Positions 17,938 through 51,719 of a stretch of DNA of 64,000 nucleotides are shown here, piece by piece; positions within the stretch are counted from its first letter, which is position 1, and the number at the start of each line of letters is the position of its first letter. This DNA comes from the human T2T-CHM13v2.0 reference genome, Homo sapiens: the NCBI RefSeq assembly GCF_009914755.1, contig NC_060938.1. One strand, given 5' to 3'. The position numbers and the translations under genes were made by a program. A model generated the notes under the pieces. That model made no database searches. It was not told the DNA's origin and saw only the letters and a list, made by a program, of their open reading frames with translations.

Positions 17938-18687
17938 TCAACATTACTGATCATCAGAGAAATGCAAATCAAAACTCCAGTGAGATATCATCTCCCTTTA
18001 GTTAAAATGGCTTATATCCAAAAGGCAGAAAATAACAAATGCAAGGATGTGGAGGAAAGGGAACCCTTGTATACTGTTGGTGTACATAGTGGTTGAACCA
18101 CTATGGAGAACAATTTGGAAGTTCCTCAAAAAAACAAAAAATAGAGCTACCATATGACCCAGCAATCCCACTGTTGGGTATATACCCAAAAGGAAGGAAA
18201 TCAGTATATTGAAGAGATACCTACACTCCCATGTTTGTTGCAGCACTGTTCACAATAGCTAAGATTTGAAGGCAACCTAAGTGTCCATCAACAGATGAAT
18301 GGATACAGAAAATGTGGTACGTATACACAATGGGTACTAGTCAGCCATAAAAAGGAACGAGATCCTGTTATTTGCAACAACATGGATGGAACTGGAGATC
18401 ATTATGTTAAATGAAATAAGCCAGGCACAGAAGGATAAACATTGCATATTCTCACCTCTTTGTGGGATCTAAAAATCAAAACAATTGAACTCATGGACAG
18501 AGAGAGTAGAAGGATCGTTACCAGAGGCTGGGAAGGGTAGTAGGGGAGTTGAGGGGATGTGGGGATGGTTAATGGATACAAAAAGATGGTTAGGAAGAAT
18601 GAATAGATGAACTATTTGATAGCACAGCAAGGTAACTGTAGTCCGTAATAACTTATTGTACATTTAAAAATAACTAAGAGAGTGTAA

Positions 18688-18991
<304 letters not shown>

Positions 18992-19696
18992 TAATTGGAT
19001 TGTTTACAACACAAAGGATAAATGCTTGAGAGGATGGTACCCTATCTCCATGTTGTGATTATTACACATTGTATGCCTATATCAAAACGTCTCATGTACC
19101 CCATAAATATATACATACTATGTACTCACAAAAATTAAAAATAAAAAATTAAAAAAGAAGTCTTCAATAAGAGATATATATATATATAGAAAATAAAATG
19201 GCTTGTGTATGTTTGTATTCATTTTATTGCATCTATTTGATAATTTTTGATTTTTAAAATATAAAATTTGGTAGTATCAAAGTCCAGAACTGAAACGTTG
19301 ACTTCTTTATGGATGGGGCTTATGGGGGATATGTAATGCTGGTCAGTTTTAAATACAGTAGTATTGTGGGGATTAGAACCCTAATATAGGGGCTGAGTTT
19401 TAACTGATAATCATTTGGTTCTTCTGTAAGCAAGTTTTTTTGTTTCAAACAAATAAATGATTGTATAATACATTTAACACAGAAGCCTCACAATAGCAGG
19501 ATTATTCTTACTGTCAGATTACAACTACTATTGTTGGGCAAGAATAGCAACTAAAAATTGAGATACCAGTTTTAATAATCAGAAAGTACTGAGTTTAGAC
19601 AGCTCTCTTTGAATATATTAGTAAGTAGCATAGCCTTTGGAGGAACATTTAGGGCTTTTTTCTTATAAATGTTTATCACAGTGGGTGAAAAAGGTT

Positions 19697-19733
19697 ATAC
19701 ACACATACACACACATACACAGACACACATACA
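19697..19733. repeat. Imperfect (CA)n microsatellite
   Basis: acacacatacacacacatacacagacacacatac. Confidence 0.8.
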
Positions 19734-20237
19734 TGTGTATATTTAAGTAGAACATATTTTTAATTTTTTTACATGCAACTTAACTAGCACTGGCTTGAAA
19801 ACTTATGATTTTCTTAAAAAATTATGAAATTTGCTCTTAAAAACTTATGATTATTTTAAACCTAGTGTTAAAATTTTCAGTTGGGTCAAAAGTGATACAT
19901 TAAAGGAGACATTATTTCTGTTTATTTAGTAGACCTTTATGACTGTCTTTTGTGTAGTTAGTCGGCATGAGAAATACTTGGTTATATGGTTATCAAATCA
20001 GATTTGGTCTTTCTCTGTGAACTTACAGTAGACATACTAGCCATTGATTATAAGCATCAGTACATGCTGTAATAGAAATATAAGTGTTTTTGTGTGTGTG
20101 TAAACCTAGAGATGGTAACTAAATGAAACTGGAGCTTTGAGATTTTTTGGAAGAGATGATTCTTGGGCTAAACTTTGCAAAGTAGATAAGCCAGGAGTCT
20201 GTTGTAAGAAGGTATTGAGGATTGACAATGAGGATGG

Positions 20238-28996
<8,759 letters not shown>

Positions 28997-29715
28997 TATG
29001 GCAATCAAGGGAGGGGGAATAGCAGGTGTTAAAAGTTGCACAATGTAAGCTTTTGGGCATGGTTAAAGTAAAAGTCTTTGAGGTTGAGTTGCAAGAGTGA
29101 GAGCAGGGCCAGAAAGGTAATTGAGAGTCCTGTCATAAATACCCTCTTGGGTTTGTTTGAAGAGTTGAAGTGTGTGATTCAGACACTATGAGATGCTATC
29201 ATGGATTTTAGGTAAGGGAGTGACACTCAGTTTTGCATTCTGGGAGGAACATTTTGACAGCATTGTGAAGGAAACGTAATAGGACTAGATGCGATGTAGG
29301 GGCCAGTTGGGATGTTATGCAGTGATCCAGGTGAGATGTAATAAGTCCTGATTTAAGTCTGAAGTGATAGAAATGGAGAGGAGGAGACCTAATTGTGAGG
29401 TATTAAAGAGAATGGATGAATAGACCTTGGTAATTTATTGAGTATGACTGAGAAAAAGGTCTCTGAATGGCCCTTGGTTTTCTGAGTTGGATGACTATGT
29501 AGATATATTATCCATCAGGATAGAGCAGATAGGAAAAAGGAATACATTTAAGAAATGTATTCTTAAATGATGAATTAGATTATGATATGTTGAATTTGGT
29601 TGATGCCTAGACAGAATTAGTCAACAGATGGTTGGATATGTGTTTGGAATTAAGGAGAGAGGTTTGGGTTAAAGATACACATTTGTGAGTTAGCAGTATA
29701 GGTAATATTAAATAG

Positions 29716-30264
<549 letters not shown>

Positions 30265-30700
30265 TAGACAACATAACCCAAAAGAGTTTTAGAGGGAGTC
30301 AAGTATAGGATTGAGGGTAGAATTTTGGGAAATATTAGCCTAAGGTCATCAGAGAAAGGGTATGAAGAGGTGATCAGAGAAGTAGAAAGAAGACCAGGAA
30401 AGAACTGTACCCTAGAAGCCAAGGAAGCAGGGAGTTTTGGGAGGAAGTGGTTAACATTTTTAGCATGGCTAAATAGGATAATAATTGAAAATTACATTTT
30501 AGATTTGACAGTATGTTCAAAATTTCAGTTTATGAAACTGTTATGTTGAAGACATCTGAGCACAACTTAACATTGTGCTTCTCGAAGCAACATACTATGT
30601 GTGACCCTTAGGAAATCAATCATTTGGGAATCTATTGAGTATCTCTAGCCTAGTACATTGCTATGCTCTAGGGATAAGAAGTGGGTAAGATATAAATTCT

Positions 30701-31012
<312 letters not shown>

Positions 31013-31388
31013 GCTATGTCTGAGGGGTTCATAGTCCAGTGGGGGAGATGAAAAAATGTCAACACATTAAGTACCATAGTAAATAGTAGGGAATGAACAG
31101 AAGACCATGGAAACAGAGGAACTTCCAGTCTTTCTATGATGTAGTCCTGTCAACCCTGTACCCCGATAAGGCTTGCAATCAAAGAGCATAAAGAGAAACA
31201 AGAGAGTTGGGTATATTTTTAAAAAGGTAATGGAAAGATCATGTTTATCTTTTTAATTTTGATTAAAAAACTGACAGCAAAACTGTGGGCCATATATTCC
31301 ATCTATTATGAACAAAATATGTGTGGGATATTTTATTTATAAATCACCTTTTATTACCTCCACACCAAAGTAGCCATTTACCTTTATC

Positions 31389-31683
<295 letters not shown>

Positions 31684-32149
31684 TAGCTTTAGAATGTGCC
31701 TCACAGACATATAATCTCTGTAACCTTCCTCTTTCCTTTTTATCTACTGCTGCTGCTTTGTAATTCCAGGCAGAGATTGGAAATGGCAGTAAGTAACCTA
31801 GGGTTGTGGCAATCTGAGAGTTGTTTAGAGAATATGTAAGATGGTCCTAGAGTTGGCTTTTTCTCTTGCCACTTCTTGCCAAAACGAGCTACACCTGTCT
31901 AATATCTAATCCCAGGTTTGACTCACAGGTGAGGAGTGAGACTTCTCACCAGTTTGTGTTCTTAAGGTTCCTAATTTAGATTATAAATAGAGCATAACAA
32001 CATAAAATGTTAGAAATGGAAAGTCCTTTGGAGAGATTAATTCATATATGATTATTACCAGGGTTGAGTGATTTGCTTGTAATCATGTAATAGTTACTGA
32101 CAGAATTGAAAGCCCAGAAGGGTGTCTTCATGGGAACCACATTTCAGGG

Positions 32150-32270
32150 ACATTGGTTCCCAAACATCATGAAGGGAGTACATCAGAATCATCTACACTG
32201 CTTGTTAAATATACAGATTTCCAGGCTTACCGTAGACCCATGGAATAAAAAAAGGTCTGGGAGGAGCTAT
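32150..32270 (+). mobile_element. MER5-like fragment
   Basis: tggttcccaaac...catcagaatca...gcttgttaaatatacagatttccaggc. Confidence 0.55.
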
Positions 32271-32678
32271 TGGTAGTTGTTACCTTATTAGTAGATAATT
32301 CAGAGTTATGAACAAAGTACTTTAAACTCTATCTAGCACATGGTAAGCACCAGTGCATATTGTTTTCATTAGTATTTTATCAGTATTATTGTACAATCTG
32401 AAATGTGGGAGGAAAAAAGGGAATTGAAATGATTTTTTTCCTTTTTAATTTCCCCGCTTTACTTTTTAAAAAAAAACTTTCTCATAAGGGAAACCTTATG
32501 AGAAACCAAGAAGTAATTAAAGTTCACAAGAAGGCATGTAGATGTCAAGAGTGTTGTATAATGATTTTTATTTGCTCAGGAAAAATTAGAAAGTGAAAGT
32601 GTAGAAATGCAATGCATTTCGGCTTACTCTGCTCATCTTCAGCTTGTACTGAGTATTTCATTATAGCATAATATAGTG

Positions 32679-34411
<1,733 letters not shown>

Positions 34412-35859
34412 GTTTAATGGAAAGTTCTTTAATCAAAAGTCAGAATTCTTGGTTTCTAGGTTAGTAATCCTTGTTATAGATCTCAGGAAATTACTGACTT
34501 CATTTTTGTTTCTTCTCCTTTTATTAAAGTGATGTGGAAGTGAGTGCTGTAAAATAGTTTGTGTCTAATGTCAGGAAATACCTTATTAGGCACGGCACAT
34601 TGTAAAAAAAGTTCTGGAGAGATTTGAACTAGGTCTTTCCTTTTCATTCATTTTATTTATTATAGTGATGTTAAGGTGGCTGGAATTGATAACCTATTTT
34701 TGTAAAACTTCTATTTTTACAAAAATGTACCAAGTGATAATTAACTAAGACAGTGGAGTCATGTTGGAATATAGTCTATAAGATACAAAAGTTGTCCTCA
34801 AGCTACTTGTAGCCTGATTAATAAACACACAGATATAGCAGTATAATGTATTTTATGCTATCACATAATTGCTTTAAATAATATATAGGAGATCAGAGAA
34901 TGACAAGACTGACGAATGGGGAGGTAGAGAGTGGCTCCATGAAGATCATAGAATTAAATTAGACCTTTATAAAAATGGAGAAATGATATATGCCGAGGTA
35001 CAAAGAGAACATGTCATACTTCTCAATTAATCTTTTCCCTTCCCAGACAAATACCTATCCTCAGTTTCCCTCTTCCTGTCATTCTGTGGTTTGTGACATC
35101 GTTTTTCTCGTACTTCTTTTCTTTGGACCATTCTAAGGCCCATGATTTGTGCTATTAAGATAGCATGGTGTACTGGAAAGATCTTGGGCTTTGGAGTCAG
35201 AGTGACCCAACCTGCAATTCTGAGAGCACATTTCATAGACAGTCTGAAAATTAAGTGAAATAATACATTTAAAGGTGCTCCATAAATGTTAACTGCCTTT
35301 CTCTATTATTACAAATAATGAACAGCAACAGAGAATGAGTTAATTAAGATGGTAGCATGCTGTGATGAAATTTATCCATTAGACTGGGAGAGCAAAAGAC
35401 TTGTGAAAAGAGAGACAATAAGGTATTGTGGTTATCATGGACATTAGAGATGGAGAGAATTGTAGTAAAATCCTGATTGTAACCTGTACTATTACCTTTG
35501 TGTTTATTTTGGGCAAGTTGACTTAAACTCTCAAAGCCTTAGTTTATTTATCTAATAAATGGGAATGGTTTTGGGAAGATAGTCAATAGATCCCCCCACA
35601 TATTTGTTTATTCTTTATTCGAATGTGATTTTGTTCAGTCCTGGGGGATATTGATTAGGCTAGGCTAATCAGTGAATGCCATTAGTTGGTGACCTAGTCT
35701 TTGGTGTAAGATGATTATGTGTTCTTGTTGACATTTATAGATCATGAATATCTTGACACACTCTGCCTAGTTCTAGAAGTCCCTCCATATACCTCTTTCA
35801 AAGCCTAAAATATTTATCATCTGCCCCTTTATAGAACAGTTTTCCAGTTTCTGTCGTAT

Positions 35860-36550
35860 GCATTTAAGTTACCTGGAATCAGTTTGGTTATTTTGAGGCT
35901 TTTGAGCTTCCTTGGGTGGGTCCAGAGCAGCCTTTAGTGTCAAGGGCTAATTTACCCCTTTACTAAGGCAATATCTTTCTAATGACTCTCTACCCAATGC
36001 TCCATGTATTGTGAGATCTTTCCCCTTTGACTGATGGGAACATAAACTGTTCTCAGCTGTGTGCAATCTCTGGGAATTATACAGCTTGTATCTCCAGTGA
36101 TTCTTTCCCCACCATTGGGTAATTTTTCTCATTCATGTGAAAACTCCACAGGACCCCTCTGCAGTTGTGGGGAGTTCTCTCTCTATGTCTCCTTTCTCCC
36201 CAGTATTCTGCTCCATAAATTCCAGCTGCCTTGGCTTCCCCTAACTCTCATTTTCTTTTCTCAGCTCACCAAGATGAATGGGCTCTGTTTGGATTCTCCC
36301 TCCCTGTTTTTCAGCCTGGAAGCTGTCTCCAGGACAATAAACTGGGGCAGTCATAGAGCTCATCTCACTTGTTTTTCTTTTTTCAGGAGTTATAGTCTTC
36401 CCTGCTGTAATTCCATGTCTAAAACATAGTTTTTATGTTTTGTCCAGTTTTCTAGTTTTTTACAGGTGTCTGTGTGTGTGTGGGTTGGGGGGCTACTCAG
36501 GGGTTAAGTCCCATTTCTGTTGCTCTTTTATGGCCAGGAGCAAAGCTCCA
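35860..36550 (-). mobile_element. Old L1M (L1MC/MD-type) 5'-region fragment
   Basis: gggtgggtccagagcagcctttagt...gggctaattt...actaaggcaata resembles an antisense old L1 5' region. Confidence 0.5.
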
Positions 36551-36667
36551 TTTATAGCTGTTACTTTTTTTTCCCTCTATGTATTCTCTACACCACTAAA
36601 AAGTCAGATGAATCCATCATCTGTATAATCACGTTTGTTTTTATAGCAATTAAGTGCCATAGCCACT

Positions 36668-37199
36668 TGTATTAGTATGGGTTCTCCAGGGAAATAGAAC
36701 CAATAATACACACACACACACCCCCACCCCACCCCCCACACACAAAGAGATTTATTATAAGGAATTGGCTCACATAATTATGGAGGCTAAGTCCCAAGAT
36801 CTACATTCAGCAAGCTGGAGACCCAGAAGGGCTAATGGTGTAGTTCCAGTATGAATCCAAAGGTCTAAGAACCAGTATAGCCAATGATATAAGTTTTAGG
36901 TGCTGTAAATTCCAGTCTGAGTCCAAGTCCACGTCCAAAGGCAGAAAACCGACATCCAAGCTCAAAGATAGGCAGAGAGTGAATTCTCCCTTATTCCACC
37001 CCCGTTTTTTTTTCTATTCAGGGCTTCAATGGATTGGATGATGCCCACCCACATGAAGGCGGGCAACCTGAATTACTTAGTTTACCAATTCAAATGTTAA
37101 TCTCATCCAGAAACATCCTCACAGACACACCCAGAATAATATTTAACCAAATTTATGGGTATACGGTGGCCCAAAGTGACATAAAAATTAATCATCATA
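36668..37199 (-). mobile_element. MLT2 (ERVL) solo LTR with internal CA/C-rich microsatellite
   Basis: tgtattagt..ggttctccag.gaaa.agaaccaata...gagatttattataaggaattggctcac...caagctggagacccag...aaaattaatcatca. Confidence 0.85.
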
Positions 37200-37334
37200 C
37201 TCCTCAAACTCTTAGGGTTGCCCTTCATCTAAGTTGTATAATAATGAATCAGTACCTGTGTTCCCATTTCCTCCCAGCATGGAGATAATCCTGGAGTTTC
37301 TAGATTAATCTCAATCTCATTTTGACGGTTGTTT

Positions 37335-37680
37335 CCTGGGGCTACTTTCCAACCAAAACACATAGCATATTCAGAATAATTTGAGAGGGACTATTTACAA
37401 GATGTGGGAGAAGTGTAGGGAAACAACAACAGATAGGATAGTAACTGATGAGCAATACTGGAGCAGTTTACTGTCCCTACACCTGAAGAGTTGGGGGGAA
37501 GGAGTATCCAAATCTGAGAGAGAGTCTTGTAGAGATGTCTGCCTTCGGAGGAACAATGACACTTGGTGGAGGACCTAGCCAGCCTGGGGCTACCCTACAG
37601 AGAGGAAGCCAGGAAATTAAATTCCTTGACCACCCTCTCCTCCTTCTTTCTGATCTCCTGCTTTTGAGGCAGTCTGTATA
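37335..37680. mobile_element. Old ERVL-type LTR fragment (LTR33-like)
   Basis: ataatttgagagggactatttacaagatgtggg...gtagggaaac motif. Confidence 0.4.
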
Positions 37681-39314
37681 GAAACCCCTGGGGCGGCAGC
37701 GGGCAGAGTGAACTGGAGGGGCAGTTGGAAATATTTGGCAAAGACAGCTAGGTTGGAGTAGCTGCCTGGCCCCTTTCCTTTAGAAACAGGTGTTTCAAGA
37801 TACACAAAGTTTGAAATGAGAGAAAAAATAGTTTATAGATTATTATTTTCTTGCCTTTCTAATACTCCCAAAGTAGTCTTCCATGTATGTTCTGAAGAAC
37901 TGATGAAAGCAAGAAGAAATAATGTTAAATTATCCAGAGTTGTTTAAACTCATCAGCAGATGCTGTTATTTTATTGATAAAGCTGGTGATATTAAAAATT
38001 AATCAAGTTTGCCCATTGTAGTAATAGGTCAGGATTTAGATACTCCATAATCCACACTGTATTTTAAGAAAAGTATCCATAGGGAAAGAAGAAAATATTC
38101 ACGTCCATAAAAGTGGTTTATTTAACATTGAAGCATAGTAGTGGCAAATATTTATATGTTAATCTATATTTTACATATTTCTACTTTTAAATTATTAATA
38201 GACATGGATGGGTAATTTTAGGTTTAATTCAGACTTTCTGTAAGTCATTTAGAGGAAGCTCAGTGTGAGGCATTCTTTGCTATAAACAGAATGGGTGAAC
38301 ATTTACTGGGTGATATCTGGTAATTAGCAACAAATTTGGAGCATCCAGGAAAGATGCTGCTGCTTTGCATCTTTGGGTGTGTATGCCACTCAGTTTGTGG
38401 AAATTCAGTCCTGTTTTTAGGTGCATAGTGCATGGCCTTTGACCTACCTCTCTGCAGCAGTATCTTCAAACCATCTTCACCTCTTGCAACTGGCAGCCGA
38501 GGTGGGTTGCATGGTGCAGTGGTGCTGTTACCACACATAACCACAGATTATCACCAAACATATAACGTATTCTAAAAATAAAACACTTTTAAAAAATTTC
38601 AGAAACATATTTGAGCATTTTAATAACTGAGTAGAAATTAGTCGTAGTTTTATAACATTTTAGAGCTTGGAGAGATCTTTGCAAGTTTATTTTACTGATG
38701 AGATTTAGATACAGTCACATAGCTTATTTAATGATTGAGATTCAGTCACGCGCATTATTAGTGAAGTGCCAACATAAGAACCAGGATCTTCTGATTACCT
38801 TCAGTGATTTTATTATGCAAAGCTTTTGCTCGTTGTAGATATTCAGAGTTACAGAATCCACAAATGCATTATAAATAATGGTCTGGCATCAACACTGAGG
38901 GAGATTTTGTTGTTCCATGACAGCTCTATTTATTAACTGGTTTTTCCTTATTTTGGTCAAAAACTTGCTTCCTAATAACTTTCACATATTATTCCTAGTC
39001 CTGTCCTCATGAGAATCACCTAATTCTTTTTCCTTTGATAACCTCTGAAATATTTGCACACTGTGATGAGCTCAGAAAAACAACTTTAGGTCTTTAGCTT
39101 TTTCTTATATAATGCAATTTTCGATATAATTGCCGTTCTGGTTGCCTTTCTAGCCATGGATCACTTTGTCAGTATCCCACCTGCTTAGGGTTCCCAGGTT
39201 TGAACGTTGTGTCCAGGCATATTCTGAAGGGATATAGTGAATGCACTTTTAGTCACCCAATATAAAATGGTGGGCAATACAGTAAAAGAAGAAAAGCGAC
39301 AAAATCAGTTCTTT

Positions 39315-45473
<6,159 letters not shown>

Positions 45474-45561
45474 CGACAAAATCAGTTCTTTACACTACTT
45501 TACTTCTTTAATCTTATGCTTACCTAACCACCATACTTATGAGACTTAAGAAACGCTTTGG

Positions 45562-45902
<341 letters not shown>

Positions 45903-46160
45903 TTAATCTTTTCAAAAATTTATTTTAAAATTTTATCTGTTTATTAATTATTTTGTTGATACATAATACGTGTGCATATTTTCAGGGTACATGTGTTAAT
46001 TTGATACACTCATGTAATGTGTAAAGACCAAATCAGGGTAATGGGGACATCGATCACCTTAAATCCATTTCTTTATGCTAATAAGAACATTAGAATTATT
46101 CTCTTCTAGCTATTGTACAATTGATTAATGTTAACTGTAGTCACCCTACTGATCTATTGA

Positions 46161-46481
<321 letters not shown>

Positions 46482-49400
46482 AATCTTATTTCTTTTATAT
46501 AACTGTGTATTTATTTGTACTGATTAATGAACCTCTCTTCATCACTCCCTTACCCCCTTTTTTCATCCCTTCTTGGCCTCTGGTAACCACCAGTCTACTA
46601 CTCTTTATCTTCAACAAATCCATATTTTTTAACTTCCACATATGAGTCTGAACATGTGATATTTGTCTTTCTAGGCCTGGCTTATTTCACTTAATGTAAT
46701 GACCTCCAGCTTCACTCATGTTATTGAACATGACAGGATTCCATTCTTTTTTATGGCTGATTAATATTCCATTGTGTATATATGCATAATATTTTGTTTA
46801 TCCATATGCCTATTGAGGAGTACTTAGGTTTATTCCATATTTTAGGTCTTGTGAATGATGCCCTGATAAACGTGGAAGTGCAGTATCTGTTTGATATATT
46901 GATTTTCTTTATTTTGGATATATACCCAGCAGTCAAATTGCTGGATCAAATGGTAGTTCTATTTTTAGTTTTTTAAGGAAGCTCCACACTAGTTTCCATA
47001 GTGGCTGTGCTAATTTACATTCCTACCAACACTGTAGGAGGGTTTCCCTTTATTTACATCCTCACCTGCATCTGTTACCTCATGTCCTTTTGACAAAAGC
47101 CATTTTAACTGGCCGTTTTATACTGTGTTATTGTGGTTTTGATTTGCATTTCTCTGATCATTAGTGATGTTGAACATTTTAAAAATATACTTGTTGGCCT
47201 TTGTATGTCTTCTTTTGAGAAACATCTATTCAAATCTTTTGCCTATTTAAAAATCAGGTTATTATTATTTTACTATTGAGTTGTTTGAACTCCTGCTATG
47301 TTCTCTTTATTAATCCCTTGTCAGATGGATAGTTTACAAATATTTTCTCTCATTCTGTGGGTGGTCTTTTCTCCTTGTTGATTGTTTCCTTAGCTGTGCA
47401 GAAGCTTTTTAGCTTGGTATGATCCCATTCATTTGTTTTTGCCTTGGTTGCCTGTACTTTTGAGTTCTTACATTTAAAGATCTTTGCCCAGACTAACGTT
47501 CTGGAGCATTTACTTAATGTTTTCTTCTAGTAGTTTCATAGTTTTAGGTCTTGCACTTAAATATTTAATCCGTTTTAATTTGATTTTTGTACATGGTGAG
47601 AAATAGGGGTCTAATTTCATTCTTCCTCATGTGGTTACCTAGTTTTCTGAGCGCTGTTTATTGAGGAGACTGTCCTTTCCACAGTGTATGTTCTTGGGAT
47701 CTTTGTTGAAAATGAGTTGGCTGTAAAATGAGTGTGGATTTATTTATGTGTTCTCTATTCTGTTCCATTGGTCTATGTCTGTGTTTTTATGCCAGTACTA
47801 TATTGTTTTGGTTACTGTAACTTTGTAGTATATTTTGAAGTTAGGTAGTGTGATGCATCCATCTTTGTTCTTTGTGCTCAGGGTTGTTTTGGCTATCCTG
47901 GGCCTTTTGTGGTTCTGTATACATTTTTGGATTATTATTGCTATTTTTATGAAGAATGTCATTGGTATTTGGTAGGGATTGCATTGAATCTGTAATATTA
48001 ATTCTTCCAATTCATGAGCATGGAATATCTTCCCTTTGTAAAAATGTCCTCTTCAGTTTCTTTCATCAGTGTTTTATGGTTTTCCTTGAATAGATGTTTT
48101 ACTTCTTTGGTGAAATTGATTTCTAAGTATTTTATATTCTTTGTAGCTCTTGCAGATGGACTGCTTTCTTGATTTCTTTTTTAGATTGTTTGCTGTTGGT
48201 GTATATAAGTGCTACTGGTTTTTATATGTTGATTTTGTGTAGTGCAACTTTACTCAATTCATTTATCTGTCCTAACAGTTTTTTGGTGGAGTTTTTAGGC
48301 TTTTCTATGTATAATATCATGTTATCTGTGAGCAAGACTAATTTGATTTCTTCCTTTCCAATTTGTATATGCTTTATCTCTTTCTCTTGCCTCATTGCTC
48401 TGGCCAAAACTTCCAGTATTATTGTTGAATACAAGTGGTGAAAGTGGGCATCTTGTCTTGTTCCAGATCTTAGATGAAAGGTTTTCATTTTTTTCTTTGT
48501 TCAACGTGATGTTAGCTGTGGGTTATACGGCCTTTATTATTTTGAAGTGTGTTCCTTCCATACCCAGTTTGTTGAGGATTTTTATCATAAAGGGATGTTG
48601 AATTTTATTGAATGCTTTTCAGCATGTATTGAAATGATCACATGATATTTCCTCTTAGTTCTGTTGATGTGATGTATTACATGTATTGATTTCCGAATGT
48701 TGAACCATTCTTGTATCCCTGGGATGAATCCCACTTATTCATGGTGAATGATATTTTTAATGTGTTGTTGAATTCAGTTCGCTGCTATTTTGTTGAGGAT
48801 TTTTGCATCTATGTTCATTAGTGTTGTTGGGTCTATAGTTTTCTTTTTGTTGTGTTCTTGTTTTATTTTGGTATCAGGGTAATTCTGGCCTTATAGGATC
48901 CGTTTGGAAGTATTCCCTCTTATTTATTTTTTTTGAAGAGTTTGAATAGAATTGGCATTACTTCTTTAAATTTTTGGTAGAATTAAGCAGTGGAACCACC
49001 AGGTCCTGGGCTTTTCTTTGGTGGGAGACTCTTTATTATGGCATTGATCTCATTACTTATTGGTTAGTTGAAGTTTTCTGTTTCTCCCTGGTTCAATCTT
49101 GATAGGTTGTATGTGTCCAGCAATTTATCCGTTTCTTGTAGGTTTTCCAATTTGTTGGTGTATTGTTGTTTCTTATAATTTTAAATGATTCTTTGTATTT
49201 CTGTGGTTTCAGTTGTTATATCTCCTTTATAGTTTCTGATTTTATTTTTTTTGGGTCATCCCTCTTTTTTCTTAGTTAATCTAGCTAAAGGTTTGTCAAT
49301 TTTGCTTGTCTTGTTTAAAAAATCAACTTTTTGTTTCATTGATCTTCTGGGTTTCTTTCAGTATCAATTTCATTTATTTTTGCCCTGATCTTTATTATTT

Positions 49401-50280
49401 CTTCCCTTCTGTTAATTTTGGGTTGGCTTATTCTTTCTTTTTAGTTTCTTGAGATGCATTGATATGTTGTGTTAAGTTATTTATTTGAAGTCTTTCTTTT
49501 TTTAAAATGTAGGTGTTTATTGCTATAGACTTCCATCTTCATACTGTTTTTCCTGTACCGTAGATTTTGGTATGCTGTATTTTCCATTTTCAGTTGTTTC
49601 AGGAAATTTTTAAATTTTCTTCTTAATTTCTTCATTGACCCATTGGTCATTCTGGACATGTTGTTTAATTTCCATCTGTTTGTGTATTTTTTTGTGGTTT
49701 CTCCTATTAGTAGTTTCTAGTTTTATTCCACTGTAGTCCAGAAAGATACTTGATATGATTTCTACTTTTTTGTATTTGTTGAGACTTGTTTTGTGGCCTA
49801 AGATTTGGTATCTTCTGGATAATGTTTTATGTGGCAATAAAGAGAGTGTATGTTCTACAGTTGTTGGGTGAAATGTTCTGTAAATGTCAGTTAAGTGTAT
49901 TTGGTCTAGTGTGCAGTTTAACTCTGATGTTTGTGAATTTTTTGTCTAGATGATCCATCCTTTACTGAGAGTAGGGTATTGAAATCCCCTACTATTACCA
50001 TATTGCAGTCTGTCTCTTCCTTTAGATCTATTAATGTTTGCTTTATATGCTTGGGTACTGGGTATTGGATGCATAGATATATATAGTTATTATATCTTCT
50101 TGGTAATTGACCCCTTTATTATTATTGAATGACCTTGTTTGTTCTTTTTTGCACAGTATGATTTGTAGTCATCTTACCTGATACAAATATAGCTATTCCT
50201 GCTCTTTTTAAAGTTTCCGATTGCATGGAATATCTTCTCCAATCTCCTTACTTTCAGTTTATGTGTGTCTTTATATGTGA

Positions 50281-50596
<316 letters not shown>

Positions 50597-51399
50597 TGTG
50601 AGGTGCATTTCTAATAGGCAGCATATAGTTGGGTCTTATTTCTTTGTCTCTTCAGCCACTTTGTCTTTTAATTAGAGATTTGAGTCCATTTACATTCAGT
50701 GTTTTCATTGATAAGTAAAGACTTTACTACTGCCATTTTGTTTCTTATTTTTTGGTTGACTTGTAACTCCTCTCTTCCTTTGTTATTGTCTTCTTTTGTG
50801 GTTAACCCTGAGTTTTCTCTGGTAGTATGTTTTAATTTGTTGCTTTTTAATATTAGTTTATTTATTATAAGTTTTTGCAATGTGGTTAGTATGAGACTTG
50901 CAAAAAAACATAACAAGCTATTTTAGTGAGAGATTACAACCTGGGTCAGATCACAAAGAAATAATAGAAACAAATAAAGAATTTTTTAAAACTTCTATAC
51001 TTTACACCCCCCCCCCCACATTTTGACTTTTGTTGTGTCATTTTACGTTTTTATTTTACCTGTCTCTTAACAGGTTCTTATAGCTATTACTGTTTTCGAT
51101 AGATTTCTCTTTTAGACGTCATGCTAAAGTTATGAGTGGACTACATACCATAATTATAGCATTAGATAGAGTATCCTGGAGTTATCTGTGTACTAATCTT
51201 ACCAGTGGGTTTTATACTTTTAAATGTTTTCTTTTGCACATTAGTGGTTTTTTCTTTCAGATTGAAGAACTCCCTTTAGGATTTCTTGTGTGATGGATCT
51301 GGTGGTGGTGAATTCTCTCATTCTTTGTCTGGGAAAGACTATCTTTTCTTCATATTTGAAGGATAGCTTTCCTGGATATACTATTCTTGGATGGCAAGT

Positions 51400-51719
51400 C
51401 CCCTTCCCTTCCCTGCCCTTCCCCCGCTTTTTTTTTGAGACTGAGTCTTGCTCTACTGCCCACGCTAGAGTGCAGTGGCATGATCTTGGCTAACTGCAAC
51501 CTCCACTTCCCAGATTCAGGCGATTCTTGTACCTCGGCCTCCCAAGTAGCTGGGATTACAGGCACCCGCCCCCACGCCTGGCTAATTTTTGTATTTTTAG
51601 CAGAGATGGGGAGTCACCATTTTGGCCAGGCTGGTCTTGAACTCCTGACCTCATGTGATCCACTCAACCTTGGCCTCCCAAAGTGCTGGGATTACAGGCA
51701 TGAGCCACCACGCTTGGCC
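51400..51719 (-). mobile_element. AluS with C-rich tail
   Basis: Antisense Alu. Confidence 0.88.
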
